Below, in pieces: positions 36,398 to 47,200 of a DNA stretch of 64,000 nucleotides. Position 1 is the stretch's first letter. Each line of letters starts with the position of its first letter. The translations under genes and the position numbers were made by a program. A model generated the notes under the pieces. The model saw nothing but the letters and a program-made list of their open reading frames with translations. It made no database searches and had not been told where the DNA came from. Source of the DNA: an uncultured virus (IMG/VR IMGVR_UViG_3300048581_000043) (taxonomy: Duplodnaviria > Heunggongvirae > Uroviricota > Caudoviricetes); IMG/VR virus record IMGVR_UViG_3300048581_000043; one strand, written 5' to 3'.

Positions 36398-37852
36398 ATG
36401 GCAATAGTTTCGACCTCTCCAGTAAATGGCGCAATTGAAGTTTATATTAGAGAAAAGGTTTCCATTACGTTTGATGTGGATATGGATCAATCCACACTAA
36501 CTAGTGGGAACCTTATTATTTATAACCAAGATTGGGTAATCATGGATGAAGCTATATCCTATGATTCTCCATCTAAAACGGTTACGATTACTCCGACTCA
36601 ACCTTTTCTAATTCGCCATACTTATAAAGTCATAATCATTGGCGGACCTAATGGTGTAGCTTCAAATCCTGATATGTGGGGAGATAAAACTTATCTTCCT
36701 TCTAACTATGATCTTTCTTTTACTACTAATGATGGACGTTTCTATGCTACTCCAGGCACTGTAGTACCATCAGGAGTAGACCCAAATACTATATACCCTC
36801 CAGGAGTTGATTACTCTACTCCTTTTGCACTCAGATATTCAAGACCCGCAGATAGAGCCACTAACATAAATCCCTCAGGTATACATCTGGATCAAGATGG
36901 TTTACCTACTTTTACATTGTGTTTTAACAAACCAATTAGTTTGGCTTCTATAATTGGCTCAGGTATACTTTGTGCAAACGAACCTATCAGAATCACTTCC
37001 CGTGATGTTGTTGGCGATCCTTATGTCGGAGTCCAGGATCTTACAGCTTTAGGAACATGGACGGCCACACTTTGGCAAGCACGGTTTACATTAAATTCCA
37101 ACACTTATCTTAATGAAAATGAAGAAATTACGATCTCTATTCCTTCTAATCTAATGGCTACAGATGGAACAGTTATTGGTACAAAAGATGATATCTACTT
37201 CACAACAAGATATGATCCGCTTTATATCGGAGTATATGCTATACGCTTGCGTTTGGGAGATTTAGTAGCAGACATCCCAGATGATACTATTAATAGGATC
37301 ATATACAGAAACTGTATTCTAGCTAATTGGTATTCTTTCCAACGTAATACTTTTATCAGACCTTTCGTGTCTCAGTACTTTACTGGATCTGAAATCACTA
37401 TGATTCGTCCTACATTCGTAGTGGATCCTGTAACTGGTGCTCCCGAATATGTTAAAAGATATGTTGATGCCAAAACATGCCTAGATCTATTAAAAGCTAG
37501 ATACATGGGAGAACTGGATCGTATCTTTTTGGATGGTGGTCCAGGTGCTTCTAAAGCCTTAGCTGATCTGAAGGTTTCTGATAATCCTACTATGCTTTGG
37601 GCCGCTACTGTTGGTCCACTTATTCAAGAACTAGAAGGTGGAGATCCTAAATCAAAAGATCCTATGACCAGACAAGGCGAAGTAGGTTATTGGTTAGATT
37701 ATATAACTGGTCTTGCTAAGATCAAAATCGGTCTAAATACTTCTTGGGGAATGAGAGACCCTCGTAATCCTCCAAAGCGTACAGATTGGATAACTGGTGG
37801 CGCTGCAACTTCCGCAAGTTCCTCTGGCGGAGGATGGTCGGGGGGTGGTTAA
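36398..37852 (+). CDS. Ig-like domain head-tail adaptor/neck protein
   Basis: two Big_5-like repeats (IVSTSP-x-NGA...SITF-x-MD...SFTT); synteny. Confidence 0.7.
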   Translation: MAIVSTSPVNGAIEVYIREKVSITFDVDMDQSTLTSGNLIIYNQDWVIMDEAISYDSPSKTVTITPTQPFLIRHTYKVIIIGGPNGVASNPDMWGDKTYLPSNYDLSFTTNDGRFYATPGTVVPSGVDPNTIYPPGVDYSTPFALRYSRPADRATNINPSGIHLDQDGLPTFTLCFNKPISLASIIGSGILCANEPIRITSRDVVGDPYVGVQDLTALGTWTATLWQARFTLNSNTYLNENEEITISIPSNLMATDGTVIGTKDDIYFTTRYDPLYIGVYAIRLRLGDLVADIPDDTINRIIYRNCILANWYSFQRNTFIRPFVSQYFTGSEITMIRPTFVVDPVTGAPEYVKRYVDAKTCLDLLKARYMGELDRIFLDGGPGASKALADLKVSDNPTMLWAATVGPLIQELEGGDPKSKDPMTRQGEVGYWLDYITGLAKIKIGLNTSWGMRDPRNPPKRTDWITGGAATSASSSGGGWSGGG

Positions 37853-38421
37853 TGGATAATAGACTTGAAGTTAACTATGGCCAAAATTCATCTCGCTTCT
37901 TTAGTATAACAGGTCAGCCCGCTACTATTATGGATTTAAGAGCCAAACTCCACTCCTTATTATTTGGTGATAGAGGACATCCTGGTGAAGGAAGAAAAGT
38001 ACTAATCCGTTCAATGATAGACTATTGTGTTTGCGTCAAAGAAGAAGAAGGACAAAAACATCGCGAAGCAGACCCTCTTTGTTCTATTTGTAAAGGTGAT
38101 GGTTTTATCTATAAAGACTTTATTGTAACGGCCTGGAAGGCTCTAATCGATATCCCTAGGGGGATACTAGATGCCCAAGGTGTTCGTTTGCCTGGAACGA
38201 TTGATTCTAGTGGATTTAGTTATTATTTTGAATGGAATGTAGCTATTAAAAAGGCAGATAAGATCTTTGAGATCAATCTTGGTCCAGACGGTTCTGTACC
38301 AGAAAATACCGGTGATATTAATCATCTTGAGAAATTTCAGATAAAACAACTTATAATTTATAGAGCAGATAACGGAAGAGTCGAATATCAGCAAGCAATC
38401 TGTGTAAGAGAGGGTTACTAA
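37852..38421 (+). CDS. head closure/neck protein
   Basis: CVC...CSICKGDG; R-x-DNGRVEY; synteny. Confidence 0.6.
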   Translation: MDNRLEVNYGQNSSRFFSITGQPATIMDLRAKLHSLLFGDRGHPGEGRKVLIRSMIDYCVCVKEEEGQKHREADPLCSICKGDGFIYKDFIVTAWKALIDIPRGILDAQGVRLPGTIDSSGFSYYFEWNVAIKKADKIFEINLGPDGSVPENTGDINHLEKFQIKQLIIYRADNGRVEYQQAICVREGY

Positions 38422-39308
38422 TGTCAGGCCTCTTTTTTGGAGATAGAAACTTAGGTGATAGCGATTCTAGAGAATCTACTCTTAGACCGTTAGAGTCGGA
38501 TGGAGGAGTTCCTCGGTTAACAATGGATCGTTGTGGAACACTAGATGATTTCACAACAGTAGTGATGCGGGCTTTAAGAGTGTTTCAAGGCAATATATTG
38601 AAGCGCGAAAAGAAAACCTGGGTTCCTTTATTAGCAGGTTATCCCCATGCTTCAGTACATCAAAACTCTAACGAAACCATGAAGTCCGCTAATACTCTGC
38701 AAGATTACTACTTTTTAGATCCATTTTGTGACCTAGTAACTTATACACTCAAGTATCAAGCGCCTGCAGGATCTCAAAAGGCATTTGGACAAGAGAAAAT
38801 GCGTCCTCCTACATTGAGAAAAACAGTTCCTGTTGAAGGCCAACCGGGTGTTTACATGGAAACCTGGGCAGCAGTAACAGACAATCTTGTACAGTTTGAC
38901 TGTTGGTCCTCGGATGGCAGAGGCGCAGATAAATTAACGGATTGGTTTAAGTACTTCATGCAATTCATGAAGGGACCAATCATGAGACAAGGTTTCCAGA
39001 AAATAGAATTCTGGGAACGTGAAATTGACAATGATGTTACTCAATGGAGAGAGGATATAGCAGTCCGATCTCTCCGTTATTTAGTAAGAACTGAGGAACA
39101 GTTCATTAGACCAACTGGACTGATAACTCAGATAGAGGCTGCTGTAGCAGTAAGAAGCAGTTTAAATGACGAGGAAGAGAATTTGATCCGCATCCTCAAG
39201 GGAATACCTGCTAGCGGATTTACTCAAACTCCAGATGTGCTTCTTTCAGGCATGCCGGATTTGACAACAAACATTGAACTTGTCGAAGGTGGGAAGTTAA
39301 CTACTTAG
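38421..39308 (+). CDS. tail completion/terminator protein
   Basis: DNLVQFDCW...AD-x-L-x-WF...LRYLVRTE; immediately before the sheath gene. Confidence 0.6.
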   Translation: MSGLFFGDRNLGDSDSRESTLRPLESDGGVPRLTMDRCGTLDDFTTVVMRALRVFQGNILKREKKTWVPLLAGYPHASVHQNSNETMKSANTLQDYYFLDPFCDLVTYTLKYQAPAGSQKAFGQEKMRPPTLRKTVPVEGQPGVYMETWAAVTDNLVQFDCWSSDGRGADKLTDWFKYFMQFMKGPIMRQGFQKIEFWEREIDNDVTQWREDIAVRSLRYLVRTEEQFIRPTGLITQIEAAVAVRSSLNDEEENLIRILKGIPASGFTQTPDVLLSGMPDLTTNIELVEGGKLTT

Positions 39309-39319
39309 GAGGAAATTCG

Positions 39320-40765
39320 ATGGCTCAAAGTACAAATCTGCCCGTTGTGCAAGAAGAACTTGTAGACGGCGGACTTCAAGTCAACTCAACTGAAATACTA
39401 GGCGATGCAATCTATGCTATTGGTTTTGCTGAAGCTGGCAATGTAGCAGCTGACCAATATGCTTTTACGCCCATACTCATGAAACGTGGAGATTTTGCCA
39501 CATATGTTTATGGACATTCTTATCCTAGTATTCCTGCTAGCGGTATTGTAGCCAGTGGGTCAACAGTAACCAAAGCCGTATATGAACTAGCTGATGGTGG
39601 AGGCAACAATGTTTATGCCTTCTCTCTTGGCCAATGGGGTTCTGCTACTTTCACGGATTATCGTGATGGCAATGTTTATCCTCTTTTCTCTGGCAATGAT
39701 GTCATCAAGGAAAACTACTACAAATGCCTTGATAACGTTTATGAATTAGTCAAAATGGCACCTACTCCTCCGGATATTCTTTATCCTGTGGATGCTAAAG
39801 CTTTTGACACTGTGACTGTTGTAGCAAATCGTCCAACTAACTTTGCTTGGCAGTTAGCTCGTGCTTGCTACGATATTTCTTCACAGAATAGCGATTGTAC
39901 GGGATTAATAAGTGTAGGCGAAAATCCTGATGCAAGTCTTAGAGGCATTCAGTCTTGGGTAGGCACTTTACCTACTTATGATCTGATCTCTGGTGCAGTA
40001 CTCGTGAATGGTACTGGACTCTTAGGTCAACAATTCATGAGTGGTGCAGTTGGTTCACCAGGAGCTGCTATTTCTCCCGGTTTCTATATGAGCAACTTCA
40101 CGTCTGATGATATTGCCTATGGATATCCTCCATTGAATGATTCAGAAGTTCTGAAAGATCGCATGGGAAACTATGTAGATATCGGAACCTACATTAGTAT
40201 TACTGCTTTTGAAGTCATTGACAACAATGCTTCCAATGATAGTAACTACTCTCTTAATGGAGCTCCGATCTATGCAGGTTTGACTTCAGTACTAGATCCT
40301 CAGAATGCTCCTACTGGTAAAACGATGCCCGCTATTGTCGGTTTGCGTTATGGTTACTCTTTGGCTCAGTTAGATAAATTAACTGGCGCTCGTTATGTAA
40401 CTGCACGCAAAACAAATCGCGGTATTGTAGTAACGGATGCACCTACTGCAGGCCGTCCGGGTTCTGACTACAATCGTTTGCAAGTTCGTAGAATCGTAAA
40501 CGCAGTCATGAAATTGACTCGTCAGATTTGCGATCCTTATATTGGTCAGGCTAATAGTGCGGAAATGCAAGCTGCACTAAAGACTGCTCTTCAAACACAA
40601 TATCAGAGTTTCGTAAGTAAGGGTGCTCTTCAAAAGTTCGACTTCACAATTTCTGCTTCAGATACAGAAAGAGTTCTAGGCAAGTTGTCAATCTATTTGA
40701 CCCTAGTTCCTGAATTCGAACTTCGTACCATCAATGTAATTGTAAATTTGAAATCCAACCTGTAA
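39320..40765 (+). CDS. contractile tail sheath protein
   Basis: C-terminal YAGL...QLDKL...VTDAPT...RLQVRRIV...YIGQAN...LVPEFELRTI. Confidence 0.9.
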   Translation: MAQSTNLPVVQEELVDGGLQVNSTEILGDAIYAIGFAEAGNVAADQYAFTPILMKRGDFATYVYGHSYPSIPASGIVASGSTVTKAVYELADGGGNNVYAFSLGQWGSATFTDYRDGNVYPLFSGNDVIKENYYKCLDNVYELVKMAPTPPDILYPVDAKAFDTVTVVANRPTNFAWQLARACYDISSQNSDCTGLISVGENPDASLRGIQSWVGTLPTYDLISGAVLVNGTGLLGQQFMSGAVGSPGAAISPGFYMSNFTSDDIAYGYPPLNDSEVLKDRMGNYVDIGTYISITAFEVIDNNASNDSNYSLNGAPIYAGLTSVLDPQNAPTGKTMPAIVGLRYGYSLAQLDKLTGARYVTARKTNRGIVVTDAPTAGRPGSDYNRLQVRRIVNAVMKLTRQICDPYIGQANSAEMQAALKTALQTQYQSFVSKGALQKFDFTISASDTERVLGKLSIYLTLVPEFELRTINVIVNLKSNL

Positions 40766-40774
40766 TAGGCAGAG

Positions 40775-40800
40775 CCAAGGGAGCCTTAAAACTCCCTTGG
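40775..40800 (+). terminator. intergenic hairpin
   Basis: CCAAGGGAG/CTCCCTTGG 9-bp stem; weak U tract. Confidence 0.5.
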
Positions 40801-40829
40801 TCCTAGTCTTTTGAAAGGAAAACACATAA

Positions 40830-41474
40830 ATGAGTACGCTTACGACCTCTGCCTACACAAGAACTTATACAAGTTTTTCTGGTGTAGACGTTGCAGCTGT
40901 TATTGATGGAGAACGCATCTTTGAGATTCAGGGTTTATCCTATTCTATCACTAGAGAGAAAGCTCCTATCTACGTGATGGGATCTGCTAACCCTCAGTCT
41001 TTTAGTCGTGGCAAACGTGGTATCGCTGGAAGCATGGTATTCGTCATGTTTGATCGCGATGCTTTATTTAACTTAAAACAACGGTCCCTATATGTTGCTC
41101 ACTCTGATGAAAATCAGGTACGAAGAACAGTATTTGGACTTGCTCCTCGTCCGGCTGATCAAGTAGATGATAATGTGTCTGCTTTCTTGACTACACCTAC
41201 TTATGCAGATCAGATTCCTCCTTTTGACGTAGCTTTAACAGCTGCTAACGAAGTAGGACAAATTGCGGCCATGAGTGTTCTTGGTGTTGAGATTCTGAAC
41301 GAAGGTTCCGGAATTTCCATTGACGATATTGTTAACGAACAAGCTTTTACTTGGGTTGCTCGTGAAGTCACTGGTTGGAGACCTTATGATTCGGGTGGGA
41401 CTGGCATCGATATCATCGAACTTGGTGGTTCTGTCAATCTTGCCGATATCCCAGCATTAACAGGGGCATCCTAA
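40830..41474 (+). CDS. tail tube protein
   Basis: follows sheath; SFSGVD, YSITREKAP, RGKRGIAGS, PPFD, NEG. Confidence 0.8.
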   Translation: MSTLTTSAYTRTYTSFSGVDVAAVIDGERIFEIQGLSYSITREKAPIYVMGSANPQSFSRGKRGIAGSMVFVMFDRDALFNLKQRSLYVAHSDENQVRRTVFGLAPRPADQVDDNVSAFLTTPTYADQIPPFDVALTAANEVGQIAAMSVLGVEILNEGSGISIDDIVNEQAFTWVAREVTGWRPYDSGGTGIDIIELGGSVNLADIPALTGAS

Positions 41475-41568
41475 TCGCAATAAGTTGTCTTGATGGCTAG
41501 TAGGGAGGGGTTGCATATGCTAGATGCTTCCCCTCCCGGCTGGCATAATCCCTCCTTAAAGAAGAAAA

Positions 41569-42219
41569 ATGTCAAGTATTATCCAGCAAGCTATAGATGA
41601 AGCCTATCTGGGTTCTCTTGGTCCTGGTTCTTCCTCTCCTACCATTTCTTCTCAATATGCACGACAAAACACATCTTATTCTGGTTGTGATATTCGTGCT
41701 ATTGTAAATGTAAAAGGAGCCGAACCCAAGATCATAGCGAATATCCATACCTTCTCATATTCTATTCATAGAGAAAAATATGCCGTTCAACCTCATGGCT
41801 ATACCTATCCTAAAGGATTCGTAAGAGGACGTAGATCATTAGCTGGGACTATGGTATTTAGTGTATTCGATAGATATGCTTTATGGGACATAGCTAAAGC
41901 AAAAGCCAAATTAGATAGAAGTTCTGGTGAAAGAGCCTTTTCTCTTTTAGGCGACCAGATGATTCCTTTTGATATAGTCTGCATGTTTATTAATGAGCAG
42001 GGAAGACAATCTAAACTTAATGTCTATGGTATAGAATTAGTAGATGAAGGTATGGTAATGTCCGTTAATGATATCTATACCGAATCAACTCATACTTATC
42101 GTGCGCGAGATATAGACATTCTCATGCCGGGTGGCGATCCATTAATGGAAGATATGCCTTGGATACCTGGAATGACTTATAGTTTTGATAACTCAACTAA
42201 CTCTATGAATGTAACCTAA
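41569..42219 (+). CDS. tail tube-like paralog
   Basis: SYSGCD, YSIHREK, RGRRSLAGT, IPFD, DEG. Confidence 0.75.
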   Translation: MSSIIQQAIDEAYLGSLGPGSSSPTISSQYARQNTSYSGCDIRAIVNVKGAEPKIIANIHTFSYSIHREKYAVQPHGYTYPKGFVRGRRSLAGTMVFSVFDRYALWDIAKAKAKLDRSSGERAFSLLGDQMIPFDIVCMFINEQGRQSKLNVYGIELVDEGMVMSVNDIYTESTHTYRARDIDILMPGGDPLMEDMPWIPGMTYSFDNSTNSMNVT

Positions 42220-43121
42220 TGAGTACAAGTTCATTACTTAATTCGATATTCGGTTCTACGATAGGGATTCAAGGCAATGATGCCTGGAAATCTTCTAGTC
42301 GTAGTTCTTTATCAGATAGATCTAATGATACCCTACAAAACTTTCAATATGGTTATGAAACAGATTATTATGGTGGTTGCCAATTATCTGTTTTCTTAGG
42401 AGAAACATGGTTGAATGATATAAATGTCATTCTATACAATGCTACTCAAGCAAAACGTCCATTCTACGGTTATAAATCTCAAAAGTTCGACCTAGTAGCT
42501 AAGGGAACTCAAATCGTAGAAGGTATTTTTGCCATGTACTACACTCATACTAATTATTTAAATATCGCTATGGGACAATATCTTAAAAAGAATTCCAACA
42601 CCAGCAGTAGTCAAATTACTACTGACGATATGGCAAATTTTGCCCAACAAGTACAGAATGATACTTCAGTACTCTATATGTTAGACTCTACAGATCCTTC
42701 TAAACTTGTTCTTCCGAGTATAGAAGAATTAAATGCTCAATCAGCCACATCCTCAGTATCTAACTTATCCTTTGATAATAAAGCTGCTCTTCTTTCAGAA
42801 TACTTTTGGGGTACTTCTGATAATGCTAATGCCAAACCTGATTCAACAGTTATTGAACCGGACAACTTACCTCCATTCAATATCACTATGAATTTTGGCA
42901 GTTATCCCGATGATAGAGTTAAAAATATACCCGATGAAGCTTCCTCTTCGCATACTCTAAAGATAATTAAAAATGTTGAAATTACCGGACATTCTATTCA
43001 AGTGCCAGACGATTCTCCAGTAATAGAAGTCTATTCCTTTATAGCAAGGTCCATTGAAACACCCCTTACTCGTAAGTCCTTAGGTTTGGTTAAAACAACT
43101 AATGGATATCAGGTATCTTGA
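42219..43121 (+). CDS. tail tube-like/initiator paralog
   Basis: YYGGCQ, KRPFYGY, G-x-IVEG, LPPFNI, EVYSFIAR. Confidence 0.65.
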   Translation: MSTSSLLNSIFGSTIGIQGNDAWKSSSRSSLSDRSNDTLQNFQYGYETDYYGGCQLSVFLGETWLNDINVILYNATQAKRPFYGYKSQKFDLVAKGTQIVEGIFAMYYTHTNYLNIAMGQYLKKNSNTSSSQITTDDMANFAQQVQNDTSVLYMLDSTDPSKLVLPSIEELNAQSATSSVSNLSFDNKAALLSEYFWGTSDNANAKPDSTVIEPDNLPPFNITMNFGSYPDDRVKNIPDEASSSHTLKIIKNVEITGHSIQVPDDSPVIEVYSFIARSIETPLTRKSLGLVKTTNGYQVS

Positions 43122-43146
43122 CAATCTAATGATTATGTAATATCAT
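43118..43146 (+). promoter_or_regulatory. sigma70-type promoter inside the tail module
   Basis: TTGACA-17nt-TATCAT. Confidence 0.6.
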
Positions 43147-43204
43147 AGTATTAGGATCATAAGTCCTAACGCGCATTCGGATTTAATTCTAAGGAGAAAT
43201 AGAA

Positions 43205-43591
43205 ATGGCAGATGATACAGTAACACCAGATGCTTCGCAGGTTGCTACACCGGCTGTACCAACAATTGCAGGTCCTTCTGCAACTGAATTGGCTACAATG
43301 AAAGCGGGATGCAAGAAACTCTATCGTATTGTTTGGGATCCTCAAACAGTATATTATGTTCGTGAATTGAGTCGTATTGAGTATCGTCAAATTCGTGGAG
43401 CAGTTGAAAAGCTTCCTGAAGATGAAGCTGGTCAACGTGGTGATGAACTGATTGTTCAGTCTGCAGTTCTGTGGCCCGCAATCTCTCCAACAGACTATAG
43501 TACTTCTGGTTGTGGTTACATTACCAGTCTAGCCAAGTTGGTACTACTTTACTCTGGTTTCCGCGATCCAGTAGAAATCAGTGTAGTCTAA
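43205..43591 (+). CDS. tail assembly chaperone 1
   Basis: YYVRELSRIEY...VLWP...G-x-ITSL...SGF; synteny. Confidence 0.7.
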   Translation: MADDTVTPDASQVATPAVPTIAGPSATELATMKAGCKKLYRIVWDPQTVYYVRELSRIEYRQIRGAVEKLPEDEAGQRGDELIVQSAVLWPAISPTDYSTSGCGYITSLAKLVLLYSGFRDPVEISVV

Positions 43592-43607
43592 CTCAACAAG
43601 TAAGGAG

Positions 43608-43645
43608 AAGGGCTAGGCTGCTAATAACGGCCTAGCCTTTTTATT
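43608..43645 (+). terminator. intrinsic terminator-like hairpin
   Basis: AAGGGCTAGGCTG/CGGCCTAGCCTTT followed by TTATTT. Confidence 0.7.
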
Positions 43646-43646
43646 T

Positions 43647-44261
43647 ATGACACTTGAAGAAGTATTAGCAAAATACCCAGAAGCAGTTGCGTTTAAAACT
43701 CCTGAAACTAATCATATTGTTTATTATAGGCAGATGAGTAAAGCAGAATTCGATACTATCGTAAGATTAAGTCCAGGTGAAAACGTATCATTTGATGGCG
43801 AAGAATACATATGTAATCATTTAATATTATTTCCAGATATTAAAGATCTGGAAGATCTTACTAATATTGATATCAGAACTCTAGCAGAACAAGTCATTGA
43901 AACCAGTGGATTTTTCAAAATAGAAGATTTTATAGATGCAGTTCGCACATATAGAGAAACCAATAAAATATTAAGTGAACAAGCACTTGTTTTTATAGCC
44001 AAGGCTTTTCCTATATATAAAATAGAAGAACTTGAAGACATGTCCAGTAAACAGATTGCCAGATTGTTAGCATTATCAGAGGACATGATAGGTATGGCCT
44101 TTCCTCTACCAGGTGATATGCCTGAAGAACAAGAGCCAGCAAGACAAAGCCTTGGTCAGATGCTTAAACAAGGTCCCTTAACTGATGAACAAAGAATAAT
44201 GCAAAAACGTAATGTAGAATCGTCTCAAGAAGTACTTAAGCAATTAAAGGAACGTGGTTAA
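43647..44261 (+). CDS. tail assembly chaperone 2 (paralog)
   Basis: YYRQMSKAEF...ILFP...TLAEQV-x-SGF. Confidence 0.7.
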   Translation: MTLEEVLAKYPEAVAFKTPETNHIVYYRQMSKAEFDTIVRLSPGENVSFDGEEYICNHLILFPDIKDLEDLTNIDIRTLAEQVIETSGFFKIEDFIDAVRTYRETNKILSEQALVFIAKAFPIYKIEELEDMSSKQIARLLALSEDMIGMAFPLPGDMPEEQEPARQSLGQMLKQGPLTDEQRIMQKRNVESSQEVLKQLKERG

Positions 44262-47200
44262 TGAAGGGTTATACAACTCGATTAGGCATAGCGGTAGCTG
44301 GTACTTCTGCTTATCTAGGTAAGCGGCTTGCAGACTCACGTCAGGAAGACCTGCAAAAACAAGATCCTTCTACCCTTAATGTCGGCATAGGTGTAGCTAC
44401 TACCGCTGCAGTAATAAGTGGAATGCACTTTGCAGAAGCCAGATATAAGAACCCCTGGTTAACTGGCTTAGGCATGGCAATAACTGCCGGTACAGCTTAT
44501 GCTTCGGGACATATACTGGGAGCAATTAAACAAAAAGAAATTTATGAACAAGGCCAAGCATCTGGTAGTACTCGCATACTAGAGGGTGCTTTAAGTTTAG
44601 GAACACTATATTATTCAGGTAAAGCTCTTGCTCCTTATGCTGCAAGAACAGTTAGTAGACTAGATGCGGTTATTCGTCCCGGCCTTAGAGCATTAGGTTC
44701 TGCTATAGAGTCTTCTGAATTTAAGAATATCGGTGAATTCGGTTCAGTATTTGCACGCAAATTCGAATTAGAAAGAGCAAGTTATTCGGCTGGCGATGGA
44801 CGTTTTCCGATTCAGAATTACTTAGGTCTAATCTCTAATATTAAAAGTGAAGTACTTAATACTGAACTACAAGCTCATGGATTAAATGATGTTTTCCATG
44901 ACATGAAAACTCGTTTTGGTTTAAATGACAGGGATACAGTTCATGGAATAAGATCAGCCTCACTAGCTGATTTAATGAAGGCTCATCGAGAAGCGGTTTC
45001 TCCAGATATTCTCAGAATGTTTGAAACTCGCAATATTCCTCTTAATAATATTGCTTTGGGTTCTGGAGTCTTATTTGATATTAAAGCCAATAAGATACTT
45101 AATCTACAAAGATATACAGCAAAAAATATAGTGAAGGATGCAGTATTAGGTTTCGAAAAAAACTTCCGCATTCCTTTTGCTAACTTTAATCCTATTACAT
45201 TATTAAGACCTCGTGAAGTCTTTGGTGCTGCTGAACAAGCACATTCTTTCCAACATTTTCCAGCGGGAACTCCTCTTGGGCCTCAATTAAAAGCAGGGCC
45301 AAAAGGTGCCGCTTTTATAGGCGGGCATCTTTATGATGAAGAGACTGGTAAGAAACTTACTACTGGTATTATAGTTAAAACTGGATATCGTAAAAAAGAA
45401 ACTGGCGAATGGATTGAAAGTGTTTTCGGTTCAGTTATTCGTCAACGTTATGGTCATGGTGCAGAGGCTATAAAAGATGCACCTCGTAATGGCTTCTTCC
45501 AAAACATGATGGCTAGTCTTGAAATGGATGTTCCTGGTCTTTATAAAACAGGTCATGCCAAAATGGAATCGCAGTGGACATCTTTTTGGAAAGATGTTAA
45601 TAAACGTTCCGCTAAAGATAAAGGATTCTTCGGCTCCCTTAAGAATGTAACTGCTCATATCTTTCATGAAGAAAACATCACTAATGAATTTAAAACAATA
45701 GGTAATAAGTTCGGGGATGTTAATTACGCCTTTGTACCTCATTCTGATCTTCCCGGAATAGGCGCGTTCTGGTTAACTGAAAGACCTGTTCGTTTACTAG
45801 AAACTCTTGGAATAGGAGGATTTGATCCAAGAACAACACGTTCCGCACCTGATGTTATATGGAAGATGTTAACTAAACGTTTCTTACCTATATATGCTGG
45901 TTACAAAACATTACAATTTGCTGATGATATGTCTCACCAGTTTTTTGGATATGGTCCTTCTGATGTACCTATGGATGCGCTGGCTGCCATTACTGTAGGC
46001 AGTTCGTATATGCGTCAAGGACTTGGTATAACAAAAGGTGCCCAATATCTAGAAGATCTAATGCCCGGTTCTATGACCTCAGGAATCTCCGTAGGCAGCC
46101 GTGCCTTAGGTCTACCAATGTTGGCAGGTCTAAAGTTTGGGCCTAAAGCTTTTTGGGCTGGAACTGCAGCTTCCGTATTACTAGGAGGATTTGGAGACGT
46201 AACAAAAACTGCAGAAGAGTATAAAGAAGAATACTACGGAGATAAACGAGTAGGCATTAGAAATGGCGCGTATTGGGAATTGGGTACCCAAGAATTTCAT
46301 GGTGGAAAAATAAAAGAATTTCTACCAAATTATTATCGTAGATTTAAATCCAGATATCAATTTACAGATGTTCAATATGGATCGGAAGCAGAGTATTGGG
46401 GAAACTATTTAGATCCATACCATTATGCTGAAAAACATTATTCTGATAGACCTTATCCTTATGTTAGTAATGGACTAGAGGAAGTTCCTTTTATTGGCCC
46501 CGCAATTGCGCCATTGGGTGGACCTGGTTATTTAATGCACCAAGGATATGAAAAAGAACCTTGGAAATATTCAGGAGCAAGTCCAGAAGCAGCAATACCT
46601 GGTCCCGGCGGTCTTTATTCAAGTCCCGAAACACCTGGTGCATTTGGGGGTGGAGATAATATAGGTGTTGGCGGAGGTCTAGGGGCAGGTGGTACTGGCG
46701 GAGGAACCGGAGAGGGTGCTGAAAACTTCGTATTTATGCAACCTACCCAATTTGGCTATATGGCAGGTGCACCAGAGCCAATGGGAGATAGAGCTGTTGA
46801 TCCCTTATTAAAGGGCTTGCCTAAACGTAAAGCTATTGATCCTAATAGTCCCAAAGGATTAGCTACAGAATCCTTTTATAGAGGATATGAATATTTAGGT
46901 ATATATGGTTGGTTAGGTCAACAAGGAATGACTGACCTTACTGGAAGACAAAGCCTTTTCGATGATCCACAACTAGAATCAGCTCATAGAATAGACTCTG
47001 CTGAACGTTCCTTCTATCAACAAGGCTGGGGAGGAATGCTCCAGACAAACGAACTCTTTAGAAGATTTTTACCTCACCGTCAACGGAATATAGATCTCTA
47101 TAATCCTATTGAAAATAATATGCCCGGTTGGATTCCTGGATCAGAATATATGCAGAATTTTCATCAAGGTGACCCATACAATAAAGCGGGTGATTTCGGT

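Noticed and set aside
41494..41545. GC-rich hairpin after the tube gene as an ncRNA
   Set aside because: Adequately explained as an mRNA-stabilising or attenuating stem after a highly expressed gene
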